16,579 nt of DNA, from the IMG/VR virus record IMGVR_UViG_2721755721_000006. One strand, written 5' to 3'. The notes beneath the pieces are model-generated. The model was not told where the DNA came from, searched no databases, and saw nothing but the letters and a program-made list of their open reading frames with translations. Position 1 is the first letter of the stretch. Every line of letters starts with the position of its first letter. Source of the stretch: a virus. Its lineage: Duplodnaviria; Heunggongvirae; Uroviricota; Caudoviricetes. Both the position numbers and the translations under genes were made by a program. This document shows positions 12,801 through 16,579 of this stretch, one piece after another.

Positions 12801-15272
12801 ATGAGTAAAGTCTTTATTTGCGCCGCCATTCCTGACGAACTGGCAACAAGGGAAGAAGGCGCTGTGGCTGTAGCCACAGCTATTGAAGCTGGCGACGAAC
12901 GCCGTGCTCGAGCAAAATTTCACTGGCAATTCCTGGAACATTATCCGGCTGCTCAGGACTGCGCTTATAAATTTATTATCTGCGAGGATAAACCTGGCAT
13001 ACCCCGCCCTGCCCTCGATTCATGGGATGCTGAATATATGCAGGAAAACCGCTGGGATGAGGATTCTGCTTCTTTTGTCCCGGTTGAGACTGAATCCGAT
13101 CTGATGAACGTCACTTTTGACAAGCTGGCCCCTGAAGTACAGAACGCTCTCATGGTTAAGTTCGACACATGTGAAAACATCACCGTTGATATGGTTATTA
13201 GCGCACAGGAATTGTTGCAGGAAGACATGGCAACATTCAACGGACATATCGTTGAAGCGTTGATGAAAATGCCAGAAGTTAACGCCATGTATCCGGAGCT
13301 TAAGCTGCATGCCATCGGGTGGGTTAAGCATAAATGTAAGCCTGGTGCCAAATGGCCCGAAATTCAGGCAGAGATGCGCATCTGGAAAAAACGTCGCGAA
13401 GGTGAACGCAAGGAAACCGGAAAATACACGTCTGTTGTTGATCTCGCCCGCGCCAGAGTCAATCAACAGCACACTGAAAATTCAACAGGAAAAATCAGCC
13501 CGGTCATTGCTGCCATTCATCGCGAATACAAGCAGACATGGAAAACACTGGATGACGAACTGGCCTACGCTCTCTGGCCTGGTGATGTGGATGCCGGAAA
13601 CATTGACGGCAGCATCCATCGCTGGGCAAAAAATGAAGTTATCGACAACGACCGCGAAGACTGGAAGCGTATCTCGGCATCAATGCGCAAACAGCCTGAT
13701 GCCCTTCGCTACGACCGCCAGACTATTTTTGGCCTTGTCCGTGAACGTCCGATCGACATTCACAAAGACCCTGTGGCACTGAACAAATACATTACTGAAT
13801 ACCTGACTACAAAGGGCGTGTTTGAAGATGAAGGAACAAATCAGAGCGCAACTGATACTCTCTCGTCGTCAGTACCAGAAACTGATGCAGTGGAAACGGC
13901 AATTCCGGACAACGAAAAAACCGAATGCAAAGTGGAAGTCGAACCATCTGTAGAGCGTGAGGGGCCGTTCTACTTCCTCTTCACCGACAAGGATGGCGAA
14001 AAATACGGTCGCGCAAACAAACTTTCTGGTCTGGATAAGGCACTGGCTGCCGGGGCTACTGAAATCACGAAAGAAGAATATTTCGCCCGCAAAAACAGTA
14101 CATACTCAGGTTCACAACAAAATACTGGTGCATCTGACACGACCGCACAACCAGGGCCGGTAAAAGTTACCGCTGACGAAGTAAACAAAATTATGCAGGC
14201 AGCCAATATCAGCCAGCCTGACGCCGATAAGTTGCTTGCTGCCTCTCGCGGAGAATTTGTTGCAGGGATTAGCGACCCGAATGATCCGAAATGGGTTAAG
14301 GGGATCCAGACCCGCGATTCTGTAAACCAGAACCAGCATGAATCGGAACGGAACTACCAAAAAGCGGAACAAAACAGCCCAAATGCGTTACAAAACGAGC
14401 CAGAAACGAAACAGCCTGAACCAGTGGCGCAACAGGAAGTGGAAAAAGTCTGCACCGCCTGCGGTCAGACCGGCGGCGGCAACTGCCCTGATTGTGGCGC
14501 AGTGATGGGCGACGCAACATACCAGGAAACATTCGATGAAGAGTATCAGGTTGAAGTTCAGGAAGATGATCCGGAGAAAATGGAAGGCGCTGAACATCCA
14601 CACAAGGAGAACACTGGCGGCAATCAGCATCACGATAGCGATAATGAAACTGGCGAGACGGCAGATCACTCAATTAAGGTGAACGGTCATCAAGAAATCA
14701 CATCCACCAGCAGGACGTGTGACCATCTAATGATCGACCTTGAAACCATGGGAAAAAATCCTGATGCCCCGATCATCTCAATAGGTGCAATATTTTTCGA
14801 TCCGCAAACCGGAGATATGGGACCGGAATTTAGTAAGACTATTGATCTGGAAACTGCTGGCGGAGTCATTGATCGGGACACCATTAAATGGTGGCTTAAG
14901 CAATCACGCGAAGCGCAATCTGCCATTATGACCGATGAAATCCCGTTAGATGATGCACTGTTACAATTGCGGGAATTTATCGACGAAAACTCCGGTGAAT
15001 TTTTTGTTCAGGTCTGGGGTAACGGTGCAACTTTCGACAACGTGATTTTACGCCGTTCATATGAACGGCAGGGGATCCCCTGCCCGTGGCGTTACACCAA
15101 TGATCGCGATGTAAGAACGATGGTTGCTCTGGGACTGGTGATGGATTTCGACGCAAGAACGACTATTCCATTCGAAGGTGAACGCCATAACGCTCTGAAC
15201 GATGCACGTTACCAGGCGAAATACGTTTCAGCCATCTGGCAAAAACTGCTCCCGAGTCAGGCTGATTTTTAA
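12801..15272 (+). CDS. Large prophage exonuclease (823 aa): N-terminal region of unknown function, acidic low-complexity linker with an internal zinc ribbon, C-terminal DnaQ-like DEDDh 3'-5' exonuclease domain
   Basis: The C-terminal ~185 aa carry Exo I (LMIDLETMG), Exo II ([13 protein letters not shown]) and Exo III ([14 protein letters not shown]-x4-D) motifs. [17 protein letters not shown] zinc ribbon lies around 14447-14500. The gene sits where RecE sits in Rac-type prophages. Confidence 0.85.
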   Translation: MSKVFICAAIPDELATREEGAVAVATAIEAGDERRARAKFHWQFLEHYPAAQDCAYKFIICEDKPGIPRPALDSWDAEYMQENRWDEDSASFVPVETESDLMNVTFDKLAPEVQNALMVKFDTCENITVDMVISAQELLQEDMATFNGHIVEALMKMPEVNAMYPELKLHAIGWVKHKCKPGAKWPEIQAEMRIWKKRREGERKETGKYTSVVDLARARVNQQHTENSTGKISPVIAAIHREYKQTWKTLDDELAYALWPGDVDAGNIDGSIHRWAKNEVIDNDREDWKRISASMRKQPDALRYDRQTIFGLVRERPIDIHKDPVALNKYITEYLTTKGVFEDEGTNQSATDTLSSSVPETDAVETAIPDNEKTECKVEVEPSVEREGPFYFLFTDKDGEKYGRANKLSGLDKALAAGATEITKEEYFARKNSTYSGSQQNTGASDTTAQPGPVKVTADEVNKIMQAANISQPDADKLLAASRGEFVAGISDPNDPKWVKGIQTRDSVNQNQHESERNYQKAEQNSPNALQNEPETKQPEPVAQQEVEKVCTACGQTGGGNCPDCGAVMGDATYQETFDEEYQVEVQEDDPEKMEGAEHPHKENTGGNQHHDSDNETGETADHSIKVNGHQEITSTSRTCDHLMIDLETMGKNPDAPIISIGAIFFDPQTGDMGPEFSKTIDLETAGGVIDRDTIKWWLKQSREAQSAIMTDEIPLDDALLQLREFIDENSGEFFVQVWGNGATFDNVILRRSYERQGIPCPWRYTNDRDVRTMVALGLVMDFDARTTIPFEGERHNALNDARYQAKYVSAIWQKLLPSQADF

Positions 15273-15339
15273 TGTTCAACCCATATCGCCGCCCACCAGC
15301 TATAGTGGCGGCGGTCATGCTGTAAAGGCACGTGACCAC

Positions 15340-15582
15340 ATGTACGAATTAACTCTATCTCCAGCAGAGATTAAAGAGATCACGAAATACGAGCGATACA
15401 CAAAACAGCAACACCAGTTAAGACTGCACGGCATCCCATTTGTAATCGGCCCTAAAAACGAACCCATAGTTCTCCGCAGGGATATTCCACACGGTCTGAC
15501 AACGATGCCAAAAACATCTGAACTGTTTTCTGCTGAACCCGATTTTGAGGCGCTGAACAATGGGAAGACCAAGAAAAAATAA
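15340..15582 (+). CDS. xis: Excisionase-like protein (80 aa)
   Basis: The N-terminus MYELTLS… resembles lambda Xis (MYLTL…). The gene overlaps the integrase start by 23 nt, as lambda xis does with int. The upstream Shine-Dalgarno is weak. Confidence 0.55.
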   Translation: MYELTLSPAEIKEITKYERYTKQQHQLRLHGIPFVIGPKNEPIVLRRDIPHGLTTMPKTSELFSAEPDFEALNNGKTKKK

Positions 15583-16579
15583 AAAAGATAATGTACTGCC
15601 ACCGCGGGTTAGATCGAATGGTTACAGTTACGTGTGGAAACCCGAAGGAAGTACAAGAAGTATAGGGCTAGGAAGAGTGCGGAAAACCAGCGTAGCTAAA
15701 GTCTGGCAAAATTATGAACTGGAAAAAGCAAAACTCCACAACATAATGACCGTAGCTAAATTATGGCACATGTTTATGGACTCCCCTGCATTTACAGAAC
15801 TGGCCCCCCGAACCCAAAAAGATTATCGACAACATCAGAAGGCGTTGCTGATGGTATTCGGAAAAGTGCTTGCTGATAATGTCAAAACTGAGCAGGTAAG
15901 AATTTTCATGGATAAACGAGGGCTTGAGAGCAAGACCCAGGCAAATCATGAACTGGCAAGCCTGAGTCGAGTATACGGGTGGGGATATGAGCGTGGGTAT
16001 GTGAAGAATAACCCATGCAAAGGAGTCAGAAAATTCTCTCTTAAAGCCCGCACTGTTTACATCACCGATGAACAGTATGCGGCGATATATGCGGAAGCAA
16101 TTCCACAGTTACGCATTGCAATGGAGATTTCCTATCTCTGTGCGGCAAGACTCGGTGATGTGCTTGAGTTGAAATGGCAGGATATTATGGATAAAGGGAT
16201 CTACATTGAGCAAAACAAAACCGGCACCAAACAAATCAAGGAATGGTCACCGCGATTACGTACAGCGATCCAGTTAGCCCGAAATGTATCTTCCTGTACA
16301 TGCGAATATGTGATCAATACAACCAAAGGCGGGAAAGTCATAGCTAAAACGCTGAATAACTGGTGGAATCAGGCTAAACGCGCAGCCGAGCAAAAAGTTG
16401 GCGTTCCGTTCGGGTGCAATTTTCACGACATAAAAGCCAAGGGGATCTCAGATTACGAAGGCAGCAGTCGCGACAAACAAATTTTCAGCGGGCATAAAAC
16501 AGAAAATCAGGTGTTGATTTACGATCGTAAAACAAAAATCACACCAACACTGGATTTGCCGCTCGTGGTTAGCAAGTAG
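15560..16579 (+). CDS. int: Lambda-family tyrosine integrase (339 aa)
   Basis: N-terminus MGRPRKNKKDNVLPPRVRSNGYSYVWKP…GLGR resembles lambda Int. ARLGDVLELKWQDI matches the lambda Int box-I region (QRVGDLCEMKWSDI). The C-terminal part carries an FSGHKTENQVLIY-type His…Tyr segment. The stop codon is the last 3 nt of the window. Confidence 0.9.
   Translation: MGRPRKNKKDNVLPPRVRSNGYSYVWKPEGSTRSIGLGRVRKTSVAKVWQNYELEKAKLHNIMTVAKLWHMFMDSPAFTELAPRTQKDYRQHQKALLMVFGKVLADNVKTEQVRIFMDKRGLESKTQANHELASLSRVYGWGYERGYVKNNPCKGVRKFSLKARTVYITDEQYAAIYAEAIPQLRIAMEISYLCAARLGDVLELKWQDIMDKGIYIEQNKTGTKQIKEWSPRLRTAIQLARNVSSCTCEYVINTTKGGKVIAKTLNNWWNQAKRAAEQKVGVPFGCNFHDIKAKGISDYEGSSRDKQIFSGHKTENQVLIYDRKTKITPTLDLPLVVSK

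Noticed and set aside
12883-14926. ORFs inside the exonuclease gene (12883-13104 +, 12965-13351 -, 13020-13472 -, 13309-13782 +, 13957-14163 +, 13970-14206 -, 14112-14372 -, 14296-14673 -, 14388-14669 -, 14690-14926 -)
   Set aside because: Out-of-frame or antisense to the 823-aa gene. The hydrophobic 93-aa minus ORF is the expected mirror image of the GAA/GAT-rich acidic linker, not a membrane protein.
15288-15315. GC-rich bulged hairpin (CGCCGCCCAC…GTGGCGGCGG) right after the exonuclease stop, as a terminator or att core
   Set aside because: It has no U-tract and no second copy in the window to support an att site. It may be a minor RNA structure upstream of xis but the evidence is too thin.
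15202-15339. N-terminal extension of the xis-like ORF (start at 15202, overlapping the exonuclease 3' end) and minus ORFs 15315-15602 and 15761-15949
   Set aside because: The extension overlaps the exonuclease coding sequence and lacks the Xis-like MY(E)LTL N-terminus, which begins at the ATG at 15340. The minus ORFs are antisense to xis and int.

Overview
This 16.6-kb window is a mosaic accessory region that looks like Enterobacteriaceae (E. coli-like) DNA. All calls come from reading the sequence and ORF translations by eye; no database search or computation was run. (1) Positions 1-3142 are insertion-sequence debris: an IS21-family istA N-terminal fragment reads in frame into an IS66-family tnpA-like remnant, and this abuts an intact ~2.5-kb IS66-family element (tnpA-tnpB-tnpC on the minus strand, ~24-bp imperfect terminal inverted repeats, flanking 8-mers not duplicated). 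(2) Positions 3352-6336 carry a co-oriented minus-strand cargo cluster: a queH-like (DUF208) gene, a C5-cytosine DNA methyltransferase and a restriction endonuclease whose PD...SxK...E spacing matches what I recall for the Cfr10I/NgoMIV family, closed by an intrinsic terminator. (3) Positions 6490-16579 are a Rac/CP-933P-type lambdoid prophage segment in inverted orientation. It holds a replication module (O-like initiator with internal iterons, DnaC-like helicase loader), an immunity switch (RacR-like repressor on the plus strand, divergent Cro-like and CII-position genes on the minus strand, two strong sigma70 promoters overlapped by TAGGC-N3-GCCTA operator dyads), a sparsely coding early-left region (small ORFs plus ~570 bp of hairpin-rich non-coding DNA), an 823-aa exonuclease with a C-terminal DEDDh domain, and overlapping xis-int genes ending at the window edge. 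No CRISPR array, tRNA or rRNA was found. The best candidates for undescribed biology are the early-left accessory stretch (11117-12705) and the queH/restriction-modification cargo, but none is proven.
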